Below, one piece after another: positions 39,394-47,399 of a DNA stretch of 64,000 bases. The notes beneath the pieces were generated by a model. That model was not told where the DNA came from and did not search any database. It saw nothing but the letters and a program-made list of their open reading frames with translations. Made by a program: the position numbers and the translations under genes. Source of the stretch: a bacterium (lineage in GTDB: Bacteria > UBA8248); assembly GCA_965261085.1 (NCBI GenBank), contig OZ253442.1, positions 3,328,001 through 3,392,000 on the forward strand, read 5' to 3'. How positions within the stretch are numbered: position 1 is the stretch's first letter; every line of letters starts with the position of its first letter.

Positions 39394-40346
39394 ATGGCGC
39401 AGAAGGCACCCGGCAAGGCATTCAGGAAGGGAATCACGATAATCGAACTGGCGCAGATGTTCCCGAACGAGGAAGCGGCTCGCAAGTGGTTCGAGGAAAT
39501 CATCTGGCCGGACGGATTGAGGTATTGCCCTGAGTGCGGAAGCGTCGATACGCACGAGTGCCAGCACGCCAAGATGCCGTACAGGTGCCGCGACTGCCGA
39601 AAGTATTTCAGCGTCAAGACCGGAACCGTGATGACGGGTTCTCCCGTTCCCCTGCTCAAGTGGCTCTACGCGATCTACCTGGACGTTACGTCGCTCAAGG
39701 GCGTTTCGAGCATGAAACTGCACCGCGATATCGGCGTCACGCAAAAGACCGCGTGGCACATGCAACAGCGCATCCGCGAGGCGTTCCGGGAGGAAGGCGG
39801 TCTGCTTTCCGGCCCGGTCGAAATCGACGAAACCTACGTGGGCGGCCTGAAAAGAAAAAGCACGGAAACAAGCGGCGTCGGGCCGGTCGCGGAGGAACCG
39901 GAAAGGATATCGTGGTCGGCATCAAGGACAGGGCCACGAACGAAATCCGCGCCAAGGTCGTGCCCGACACAAAGAAGGAAACGCTACACACGTTCATCGC
40001 CGAGAACGTGGCCGAGGGAGCCGAGAAGTTCACGGACGAGAATCGTTCGTATCGAGGACTCGACAACCACAGGGCCGTGAATCACAGCCTCGGTAAATGG
40101 GTCGATGAAATGGCCCACACGAACGGCTTGGAGTCGTTTTGGGCGATGTTCAAGAAAGGATTCCACGGCACGTTTCACCGCATGAGCCCGGCTCACCTTC
40201 ACCGCTACATCACGGAATTTGCCGGTAGACACAACATAAGATCTCTTGATACCATCGAACAGATGAAGCGGTTGGCCGAAGGGATGCGTGGAAGGCATCT
40301 TCCCTATAGTGATTTGGTGTCCGGTAATGAAAACAGCTATTCGTGA
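39394..40346 (+). pseudogene. tnp: IS1595-family transposase with a 1-nt frameshift near 39850
   Basis: CPEC..CRDC..FSVKTGT and EIDETY in the first frame; TDE, VNHS, HTNGLESFW in the second; break at CTGAAAAGAAAAAG. Confidence 0.88.
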
Positions 40347-40623
40347 AAATCCTCCTGATCGGTCTCGTGAAGCTCAGGGGCCATCACGTGCGAAACAACA
40401 GCCTCGGCCATCATCTTCATATTCCAAACGACTTCAGGAGCTAATTCCCAAGGATGTTCTGGAACTGAAACGGCGTCTATCCGATTCTGAATACCGTCAG
40501 TTACTTCTAAAGCAAGGTCCAAACCCTTATCGGGCGAATGTCTCCGAATGTTGCGAAGCGCTAAAGCGAGCAGGAGAAGAAACTTGTTTACGCTTTCTTC
40601 GTGGGGATTTTGAGCAGGCATAG
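40327..40623 (+). CDS. hypothetical protein overlapping the transposase 3' end
   Basis: 98-aa ORF followed by a hairpin; no recognisable motif. Confidence 0.4.
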   Translation: MKTAIRENPPDRSREAQGPSRAKQQPRPSSSYSKRLQELIPKDVLELKRRLSDSEYRQLLLKQGPNPYRANVSECCEALKRAGEETCLRFLRGDFEQA

Positions 40624-40653
40624 ATTCGTCCTTCCTTTCTAGGGGTTGGGCGC

Positions 40654-40690
40654 AAAAATACGGCGCTGGGCCTCATCACCCAGCGCCGTT
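40654..40690 (-). terminator. intrinsic terminator of the cargo operon
   Basis: CGGCGCTGGG/CCCAGCGCCG 10-bp stem with a T-rich tail on the minus strand. Confidence 0.7.
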
Positions 40691-40696
40691 GTCGTG

Positions 40697-40843
40697 CTAT
40701 TGCGAGCGTCCAGTCATCCAGCAGAAGATACCATAAACGGCACTTCCCATGCAGATCACGGCAAACAGGATGATCGTCCAGACGAAATCACCTACGAATT
40801 GAAATAAGCTCCATGCCGTGGCGCCTAGAATGTAATCAATCAT
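40697..40843 (-). CDS. 48-aa hydrophobic membrane peptide, IS passenger (not in ORF track)
   Basis: MIDYILGATAWSLFQFVGDFVWTIILFAVICMGSAVYGIFCWMTGRSQ; G-rich SD; fills the gap to the terminator. Confidence 0.55.
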   Translation of the reverse strand: MIDYILGATAWSLFQFVGDFVWTIILFAVICMGSAVYGIFCWMTGRSQ

Positions 40844-40853
40844 CCGCCACCCC

Positions 40854-41351
40854 CTATCGCCCCAGTGATTTTAGTTCGTTCAGGCAGGCGCGGCTGTATT
40901 TGTGACATCCCGTCTGGAAGTAGTAGTTCTTATCGAGCGCGCGGTTTCCGCGCTCCAGTTCTTTGACCTTCCATTCGGGCATCCTGAACCCGCGCGTGTA
41001 CGGTTGGGTCCCGTAGGGGTCGGAAGGGTTGTGTTGTTGGGCGCGTTGTCTCATTTCGCGGAGAGCATTTTGTAGGGCCTGCTGGCGCTGTATCTGTTGT
41101 TGCCTGAGCGCATGGAGGCGTTGCTCGAGGGTCTGCACTCCGCTTTGCCGCGCGGGCGAGTTAAGCGTCGGAAGCGAACCGAGCCCCGATGGCGTCCGGT
41201 ATTGGTGTCCTTGGTTCTGCTGGGGCTGGTATCCACCACCATATAGCGGGCTTCCGCCTTGAGGAAGTTGCGTGTACGGGACGGACTGCGCGGCCGCGGC
41301 CACCGGAAACGACAGAATCAGAAACAGAACTCCTATCTTTATGTGCTTCAT
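40854..41351 (-). CDS. secreted Gln/Pro/Gly-rich protein with coiled coil, IS passenger
   Basis: SD AAGGAG; signal peptide MKHIKIG...AAAA-Q; QQQIQRQQ helix; two C-terminal Cys. Confidence 0.7.
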   Translation of the reverse strand: MKHIKIGVLFLILSFPVAAAAQSVPYTQLPQGGSPLYGGGYQPQQNQGHQYRTPSGLGSLPTLNSPARQSGVQTLEQRLHALRQQQIQRQQALQNALREMRQRAQQHNPSDPYGTQPYTRGFRMPEWKVKELERGNRALDKNYYFQTGCHKYSRACLNELKSLGR

Positions 41352-41362
41352 GGTTTTTCTCC

Positions 41363-41506
41363 TTAATGACAGTGATAGCCGACCCGGACGCCATTGACCC
41401 AGACGTAATGGCATCCACTAAAATTCGTTCCGCCACTGTGCGCGGCCACGATGACTGGCGACAAGAGCGCACCAATGAGAAGCGACACGAGGATTGCGTT
41501 TTGCAT
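41363..41506 (-). CDS. 47-aa secreted YHYH-like (HSGGT..GCH..YHCH) microprotein, IS passenger (not in ORF track)
   Basis: SD GGAGG; MQNAILVSLLIGALLSPVIVAA-HSGGTNFSGCHYVWVNGVRVGYHCH. Confidence 0.75.
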   Translation of the reverse strand: MQNAILVSLLIGALLSPVIVAAHSGGTNFSGCHYVWVNGVRVGYHCH

Positions 41507-41541
41507 GGGGTTTCCCTCCGTTCATGAATGGCCGGTAAAGG

Positions 41542-41650
41542 TTGAGATTGAACGGTAGGATATGATAATCAAGGTATTGCAACGCGTTGTAGTGTGACTT
41601 ACCCCACCACAAGGAGGTCTCGGTTGCCGCCGAGGCCTCCTCACTTTTTT
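41542..41650 (+). ncRNA. candidate small counter-transcribed RNA with promoter and terminator
   Basis: TTGAGA-16bp-GATAAT; hairpin AGGAGGTCTCGG-TTGCCG-CCGAGGCCTCCT followed by T6. Confidence 0.45.
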
Positions 41651-41654
41651 GTGC

Positions 41655-41790
41655 AAAAATGACAACCGGCAGTCCGGGCCGGTTGTCACGCACTCCACTG
41701 GATAGGTGGGTTCCCGCGTATTCCCTCGTAATCGAGGTGTTTTATTTCGCGGGCGACCCGAAGGGCCTGCCCCAGCGAATCACGTGACAA
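41655..41790 (-). ncRNA. candidate attenuator/riboswitch-like leader of the cargo operon
   Basis: Long irregular hairpin whose closing 3' arm overlaps a perfect 11-bp terminator stem (41660-41688) with a U5 tail. Confidence 0.55.
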
Positions 41791-41795
41791 TCGGA

Positions 41796-41870
41796 AATAT
41801 GCTACCTTGCAGGAAATCTGTCAAGGTGCACACAAAGGGTCTTGACGTAACATGAGGCAATCGGGATAAT
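41796..41870. promoter_or_regulatory. back-to-back divergent sigma70-like promoters
   Basis: Minus: TTGACA(41824-41819)-17bp-CATATT; plus: TTGACG(41842-41847)-17bp-GATAAT. Confidence 0.6.
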
Positions 41871-41899
41871 GGCTGACCCTGAACGGAGGACACCAATCC

Positions 41900-42088
41900 A
41901 TGGCCACTAAAAAATGTGAAATATGCGGATCTAAACATTTTGAAGAAGTCAAGCAACATACGTTTTGTTTCAAATGTGGTGCCCGCGAAAGCGCCATTAT
42001 TAAGGATCTTCATCCATTGGCTTGGCAAAAGCGTATAAGTGCCACTAGAACACCGCGACCGACAAAAAAGGTGCGAAATGGACGCTGA
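41900..42088 (+). CDS. small zinc-ribbon protein, IS passenger
   Basis: CEICG...CFKCG; SD GGAGG. Confidence 0.65.
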   Translation: MATKKCEICGSKHFEEVKQHTFCFKCGARESAIIKDLHPLAWQKRISATRTPRPTKKVRNGR

Positions 42089-42257
42089 GCTCAAGGAATA
42101 CCTCGAAGCGATGGAAGCGCGTATAAACGAACGCTTCGATAAGATGCAGGCCGAGAATAACTGCTGGCACGAAAAAACCTATCGTCTGCAAGTTGGCTTG
42201 GAATCACGGGTAAATTCCCTTGAGGATAGAGTGAGTGCCTTAGAGAAGGGGTATTGA
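42078..42257 (+). CDS. small coiled-coil protein, IS passenger
   Basis: MDAELKEYLEAMEARINERFD...LESRVNSLEDRVSALE heptads; SD AAGGT. Confidence 0.65.
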   Translation: MDAELKEYLEAMEARINERFDKMQAENNCWHEKTYRLQVGLESRVNSLEDRVSALEKGY

Positions 42258-42258
42258 C

Positions 42259-42390
42259 ATGACCGACAAGAAACCGAAGCAACCCACCAAGAAAGAGCCG
42301 CTCAAGGCCGATTACAAGGGCGCGACACCCCGACAGGTCGGCAAGGCCGTGTTGACCTATCGTCCGAAGTCCGTCAACCTAAATATATAA
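42259..42390 (+). CDS. 43-aa basic peptide ending inside the TIR (not in ORF track)
   Basis: MTDKKPKQPTKKEPLKADYKGATPRQVGKAVLTYRPKSVNLNI; SD AAGGGG. Confidence 0.5.
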   Translation: MTDKKPKQPTKKEPLKADYKGATPRQVGKAVLTYRPKSVNLNI

Positions 42391-42396
42391 TTCCCC
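42373..42396. repeat. terminal inverted repeat, element 2
   Basis: GTCAACCTAAATATATAATTCCCC. Confidence 0.9.
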
Positions 42397-42765
42397 TAAC
42401 TTTTATTATCTTCCGTCCGCATCAAGCCGTCTTTACCGGACGTGGAATCCTGTTATCTTGTTGATATCATTGGGAGACAATCATAATCAAAAAGCTCGTT
42501 CGGAATCCGCCTTCCGCAACATGTAATCAAAAAGAAAGCGGGCCAATTATAACTCCCGCGCAGAGCGGAGCGCTCCTGTCGAAATGTCCTCCAAAGTCCG
42601 GCCCACAACGGTTTGATTGCGGTTATGCTCCGCTGCCCCGCAACGTTCATTCAGGAACCACCGGTCGGCCCGCGGCGTAGCCTCCGCCGCAGCTTGTTCG
42701 AAGTCGCCGGAGGCTGAAACAACCCGAGGCGGAGCGCGCCGTCCAGTTCCGCGCCGCCGGCGGGA

Positions 42766-43407
42766 TCAGCTCCGATCGAGTCTGCCCGCAGCGGGCTGGA
42801 CGGCCACGTCCATGGCGTTCAGGAACGCTCGCCCGATCAAGTCCATCTTCCGCACCTGTTCGATCCGTGGCGCAGCCTGAGCCAGTTCGCCCGAGGACAA
42901 CAGCGGGCCGACGAGGCCACAGCCGTCCGCGAGGGTGATGATGACGACATCCCTGGGATCGGGAATCACGTCACTCAACAGCACCATTCTGATCCGTTGC
43001 ACCAGTTCACGCTCGATCTTGCCGTCCACGACCGAGTAGCGTTGCGCCCCGAATATCCACAGGAAGCGGTCATCCTCTAGCTGCAGGATGCCGTTCTCGA
43101 TCAGCCGCTCCAACGCGGCTTCGCGAATTTCGTCTGCATGGCGGGTGGCATGATCCACCCAGTAGAGGGCGTTATGGGTCACTTCCGCCCGCGCAATCTC
43201 GGCGAGCATCGGATCGAGCAGAGGGTCACCGACCGGTGTCGAATCCATGAGGAACAACCGGTCGGCATCGCTATCGATGCGGTTCTCGAGTGCGAGATCC
43301 ATCAACACGGCGGCGCCGAGAGCGGGGCGCACCAACCATTCAGCCGTCCTCGATAGCGTTCCGTCCTCGTCGCGGAGCAGGAGGAGGAACTCTTCGGCGA
43401 ATCTCAT
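42766..43407 (-). CDS. GPP34 / GOLPH3-VPS74 family protein
   Basis: AEE.LLL..D, GA.L.DLAL..RI, GDPLLD, L...G.L motifs; TGATG coupling to pit. Confidence 0.8.
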   Translation of the reverse strand: MRFAEEFLLLLRDEDGTLSRTAEWLVRPALGAAVLMDLALENRIDSDADRLFLMDSTPVGDPLLDPMLAEIARAEVTHNALYWVDHATRHADEIREAALERLIENGILQLEDDRFLWIFGAQRYSVVDGKIERELVQRIRMVLLSDVIPDPRDVVIITLADGCGLVGPLLSSGELAQAAPRIEQVRKMDLIGRAFLNAMDVAVQPAAGRLDRS

Positions 43408-44681
43408 CACCCGGCGCTCCCAGTCAAGGTCAGGGTCAAGATGGAATAGAACAGCACCGCGAGCGCGGCTCCTGCGGGAAGCGTCACAATCCAGGACACG
43501 ACGATCGTGCGCACCACGCCGAAGTCGAGGGCGCCCATACCACGGGCAAGCCCGACTCCTATCACTGCGCCTACGAGTGTCTGGGTCGTCGAGACCGGCA
43601 GTCCCGTACCACTCGCCACCACCACCGTCGATGCGGCGGCGAATTCGGCGGCAAACCCGCGGCTCGGCGTAAGTTCCGTGATCTTCCTCCCAATTGTCGC
43701 CATCACCCTGTACCCATACGTTGCCAGGCCGACAACGATGCCAACGGCGCCGACCAGCAGGAGCCAGGGTGGAACCGCCGACTTCGGGGCAACCTCGCCG
43801 GTCGTCACCACGCTGACGATTGCGGCCAACGGTCCGATGGCGTTAGCGACATCATTGGAACCGTGAGCAAACGCCATTCCCGACGCGGTGACGATCATCA
43901 GGGCTCCGAATGCCCTCTCGACGTTGGTAAAGCGCGATTGTCCCCCCGAGGGAGAATCGCCACTTTCGAAGCTAATGCGATTGATGACCACGCGACCGAC
44001 GCACGCGACGACGGCGGCGAACAGCACCGAATACAGGATCGCCAGGGGTGTGCTCAGATCAAGGCCGACGTGCTTCAAGCCCTTGACGAACGTCACCATC
44101 GAGGTTATGAGCACCGCGGCGAAGATGTACACTGGTACATAACGGCGCGCGTACACTGCGGGATCGTCTTGGTTGAAGATCAGCCGCTGCACGCTCAGAA
44201 CCAGCAGATACGAGATCGTTCCGGCGATGATGGGAGTGACGACCCAGCTCGCGACAATCTTTGCCACGCCCCACCAGTGGACGGCCTCGAATCCGAGCGC
44301 AACCACCGCGAATCCGATAATCGCGCCGACTATCGAGTGCGTGGTCGAGACGGGCCAGCCGAATCTGGACGCGACCGTCAACCAGACGGCGGCCGCCAGG
44401 AGCGCCGACATCATGCCGATGACGAGCAGGTCCGAATTATGCCCGAGCGACTCCGCGTCGATGATGCCCTTGCGGATCGTCGAGGTAACTTCGCCGCCGG
44501 CCAGAAACGCCCCGAGAAATTCAAATATTCCCGCGATCACGATGGCGCCACCTACGGTGACGGCGCCCGCTCCAACCGACGTTCCCATCGCATTCGCAAC
44601 ATCGTTGGCGCCGATCGCCCAAGCCATATAGAGACCGGAGCCGATCGCCGCAATCAGAATGACGGTGAGACTCACGTCCAT
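43407..44681 (-). CDS. pit: PiT-family inorganic phosphate transporter
   Basis: GANDVANAMGT, PVSTTH, HGSNDVAN, PVSTTQ. Confidence 0.95.
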   Translation of the reverse strand: MDVSLTVILIAAIGSGLYMAWAIGANDVANAMGTSVGAGAVTVGGAIVIAGIFEFLGAFLAGGEVTSTIRKGIIDAESLGHNSDLLVIGMMSALLAAAVWLTVASRFGWPVSTTHSIVGAIIGFAVVALGFEAVHWWGVAKIVASWVVTPIIAGTISYLLVLSVQRLIFNQDDPAVYARRYVPVYIFAAVLITSMVTFVKGLKHVGLDLSTPLAILYSVLFAAVVACVGRVVINRISFESGDSPSGGQSRFTNVERAFGALMIVTASGMAFAHGSNDVANAIGPLAAIVSVVTTGEVAPKSAVPPWLLLVGAVGIVVGLATYGYRVMATIGRKITELTPSRGFAAEFAAASTVVVASGTGLPVSTTQTLVGAVIGVGLARGMGALDFGVVRTIVVSWIVTLPAGAALAVLFYSILTLTLTGSAG

Positions 44682-45084
44682 GGAATACCCTTTCTTGGGC
44701 GTTACGGTGCGGGAACGATCGGCGCCTGCGTGCGTCGGAGCGTCATGGAAGGGGTGTTCAAGCCGGCAGAAGAGTTGTCCCCATTCGTTACCCGAGACAC
44801 GCCCACTCGGTATCTACGGTCCGGCCTTGTAGCAATAACAGCCGTGCGCGACTCACTCCCAATTCGTTCCGGCCATGTTGGTCCCAAGCAGGCATGCAGG
44901 GGAAACGACGGACCCATCGTCATCGTTAGAGTCGCCATCGCCCACTCCGCCGACAATGCCCCTGGCTTCTTTGACCGGCCCCCGGCGACTGAATCTAGTT
45001 CGAATGCTAGCACATTGAAAGTTGCTTCCCCAAGCTGGGAGCGAAGCGGCCGGCTTGGCGTGACGATCGTCTCCGGAGCCGGCG

Positions 45085-45248
45085 GCGGGCGGGGACGACT
45101 CCCACGCCTCGGCCCCCGAGAAGATTTTGGAGAGGACACCGACCGCCGTGTTGGCCAGGCTGGGTGTGACGCGGAGCCGGTGGTGCAGCGCCGAGACCTC
45201 TCCCCGTTCGACCTAGCCGACCGCCATCCCGCCCAGGGTGTGGCCGAG
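45085..45248 (-). pseudogene. tyrosine integrase core-binding domain remnant
   Basis: LGGMAVG*VERGEVSALHHRLRVTPSLANTAVGVLSKIFSGAEAW with an in-frame TAG at 45213-45215. Confidence 0.65.
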
Positions 45249-45290
45249 CGCTCGTTTCGCGCCCGATGAAAACGGCTTCATCTATCCGAA

Positions 45291-45310
45291 ATAGTGAAAA
45301 ATAGTGAAAA
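45291..45310. repeat. 10-bp tandem direct repeat in an AT-rich att-like region
   Basis: ATAGTGAAAA x2; IHF-like TTTCAGTCAATTA at 45366-45378. Confidence 0.5.
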
Positions 45311-45461
45311 ATCCGATAAATTCCTGAAAATTAATCGCAAGGATAAAAAATGATAATCTATTTTATTTCAGTCAATTATGTAATTTACCTAAAGTAGAAA
45401 AGTAATATATTTCACATAAAAACTTTTTCCCTCCCCCGGTCGAACTACGTCCAGCCGTGCT

Positions 45462-45839
45462 CTAGTAACCCTCGTCGATCACCTCTTTAAGCTGCGTGCA
45501 TCCGGCCACCAGCGCCGTCATCCCGCAGGGGGGCAGCATGCACTCAAGCGCCTCGGTCGCCTCCTCGACGGTCGCGCCGAGTTGCAACGCTTTTTTCAGG
45601 TGGTTCTTGATGCCCTCGGTATCGGAGGGATCGCGCGAGGCGCTCGCCACGGCGATGAAGAGCTCCTTGTATTTCTCGTGAAACGGCCCCTGTTTCTTCA
45701 TGATGTGGTTTTTCAGGTTCTCGTAGTTCTCGAGAAGCTCCGGGTCCACCTCGCACAAGAGTTCATACGCCGGATAGATAAACCCGCGAGCCGCCTTCAT
45801 CTCCTCATACAAGGCCCTGCCCCGTTCACTCATCGCCAT
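45462..45839 (-). CDS. carboxymuconolactone decarboxylase (CMD/AhpD-like) family protein
   Basis: K.KEL..A, H...AL..GAT.EE..E. Confidence 0.85.
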   Translation of the reverse strand: MAMSERGRALYEEMKAARGFIYPAYELLCEVDPELLENYENLKNHIMKKQGPFHEKYKELFIAVASASRDPSDTEGIKNHLKKALQLGATVEEATEALECMLPPCGMTALVAGCTQLKEVIDEGY

Positions 45840-45885
45840 CCTGAATCCTCCCTATACAAATCTTGCCGCCGAGCGTTTTCCGCTC

Positions 45886-46656
45886 CTACGGATACACTTC
45901 CTTCTCCAGCACCGAGGCCTCATGGCCGGGCAGGATGTATTCCTCCTTGGTGGCCCGCTCGATGCACTTCCAGATGGAATCCATCGCATCGCGCATGCTG
46001 GACATCTGGCCGGCGGGAACGCGGCGATCGAGGCCCTCTTGAATCTGGATGACGTCGGCGGCGATGACGTAGGTGCCCACGCGCGTCTCCACGGCGACGG
46101 AGCAATGCCCCGGCGTATGGCCCGGCGTGTGGAAATAGGTGACGCCCGGCACGATCTCGTAATTATCCTTCCAGATGGGCTCGAAGATGATGCCCTGCTG
46201 CGCGATTACCGGCCAGCGGGTGTTGGGATGAATCGGCGCGTCATAGGGTTTCGATTGCAGCGCGACCGGGCAGACGGAGTATTGAAGCTCCTCCGCCCAC
46301 ACGTATTTGATGGCGTTGGGGAACAGGTCGCAGTTCTGGGAATGATCCCAGTGCAGGTGCGAGAGAATCAGGATGTCCACTTCCTCGGGCTTCCAGCCCG
46401 CGCCTTCGAGTTGTTCGCGCACGCTCTGGCCGGGCTCCCTGCTCGCGGGCCACGGGGCGCCGCCTCGCTCGGGGTCGAGAAAACTGGTGTCGACCACGAC
46501 TTTCACGTCCTTGCCGTCGTGATCCTTGGCCCCTTCGATCATGTAGATGAACGAGGGAATGGCGAGTTTCGTCCCGAAGTTCGTCCAATACACCATATTG
46601 GAATAGTCCGTGTGAATGGTGCCGCAATTCAGCGGACGGATGGTGAGGTCTGACAT
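45886..46656 (-). CDS. N-acyl homoserine lactonase-like MBL hydrolase
   Basis: VDT, SHLHWDH, TPGHTPGH, AD, PGH. Confidence 0.85.
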   Translation of the reverse strand: MSDLTIRPLNCGTIHTDYSNMVYWTNFGTKLAIPSFIYMIEGAKDHDGKDVKVVVDTSFLDPERGGAPWPASREPGQSVREQLEGAGWKPEEVDILILSHLHWDHSQNCDLFPNAIKYVWAEELQYSVCPVALQSKPYDAPIHPNTRWPVIAQQGIIFEPIWKDNYEIVPGVTYFHTPGHTPGHCSVAVETRVGTYVIAADVIQIQEGLDRRVPAGQMSSMRDAMDSIWKCIERATKEEYILPGHEASVLEKEVYP

Positions 46657-46775
46657 AGAGACTTTTCCTTTCTGCTTTGTTTCGCGGTCATAACGGGACG
46701 CAAATCAACGATGGCAGTCATTCGCCTGATAATCACCGGCCCAGGCGTCGCAAGGCCGGCAACGGATATATGTTT

Positions 46776-47375
46776 TTAAGCCTGCGCAGTTCTGGAGAAG
46801 CGCACCACCTCCATCAACTCATCGGGGCCTTCTGGTTCGACGGCATCGAGGCCGAGCGCGAGATTCAGCCGGTTGCTCATGTTCCGGTACGACACGGAGC
46901 CGATGATGTCCAGCACGTTCTCATCGCTGAAACCCGCCTCGCGCAGCGCGTCCAGATCCGCCTCGCTCATGGCGTAGTGGTCGAACGTGAGTTTTTCGGC
47001 AAAGGCGAGCATCGCCTTGTCCGCGTCGTCGAGAACCGGGGAATTGTCCCTGTCCATCACCACGGTGGCCACGTCGGCCAGCGTTACGTCATCGCCGCTT
47101 TCAGCACGGAAAGCCTGGCCATGGTTCATCGTTCAGCCATAGCACGCGCCGATGGTGGCCACGTAGTAGGAGATCAACTCCTCGCGCCTTTTCCCAAGCG
47201 TCGAATTGCCGCCGTGCACGGCCATGTTCATCGTCTGGCGTCCGTTCAGGACCTCGGGCCTTCGCGCCATGGTGAGCAACAGCTTGGGCACAGCGCCTCT
47301 TTTCGCCCGTATGCCCTCGAGTATGCCTTTCGCGGGTTCTTGCGCGTCATTCAGCCTTAAAGGGGATACCCACAT
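46776..47375 (-). CDS. AhpD-like peroxidase-related selenoprotein (CxxU), 199 aa
   Basis: ORFs 47133..47375 and 46776..47129 are in frame across TGC TAT GGC TGA ACG ATG AAC CAT (C-Y-G-U-T-M-N-H); FAEKLT, LREAGFSD, NR motifs downstream. Confidence 0.8.
47076..47120 (-). promoter_or_regulatory. candidate bacterial SECIS element
   Basis: GCTTTC-CGTGCT-GAAAGC hairpin, loop 24 nt after the TGA with GT in the loop; outer GGCCAG/CTGGCC stem. Confidence 0.65.
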
Positions 47376-47399
47376 TCTCCGTTCTCCTCAACACCGATG

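Larger units (their letters stand above)
39320..42396 (+). mobile_element. IS1595-family insertion sequence with passenger genes (element 2, 3077 bp)
   Basis: 24-bp TIRs (22/24 match), IS1595 transposase; flanks TAAATTT/TAACTTT are only an imperfect duplication. Confidence 0.88.

Noticed and set aside
39844-39862. Programmed -1 frameshift in transposase 2
   Set aside because: CTGAAAAGAAAAAG is not an in-frame X XXY YYZ heptamer, and IS1595 transposases are single ORFs. A 1-nt deletion or sequencing error is simpler.
45213-45215. Pyrrolysine read-through at the TAG in the integrase fragment
   Set aside because: The fragment lacks a start and a catalytic domain; ordinary pseudogene decay.
43290-45269. 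659-aa plus-strand ORF and similar long antisense ORFs (e.g. 19331..20971, 60475..61767)
   Set aside because: GC-rich shadows of well-supported genes on the opposite strand.
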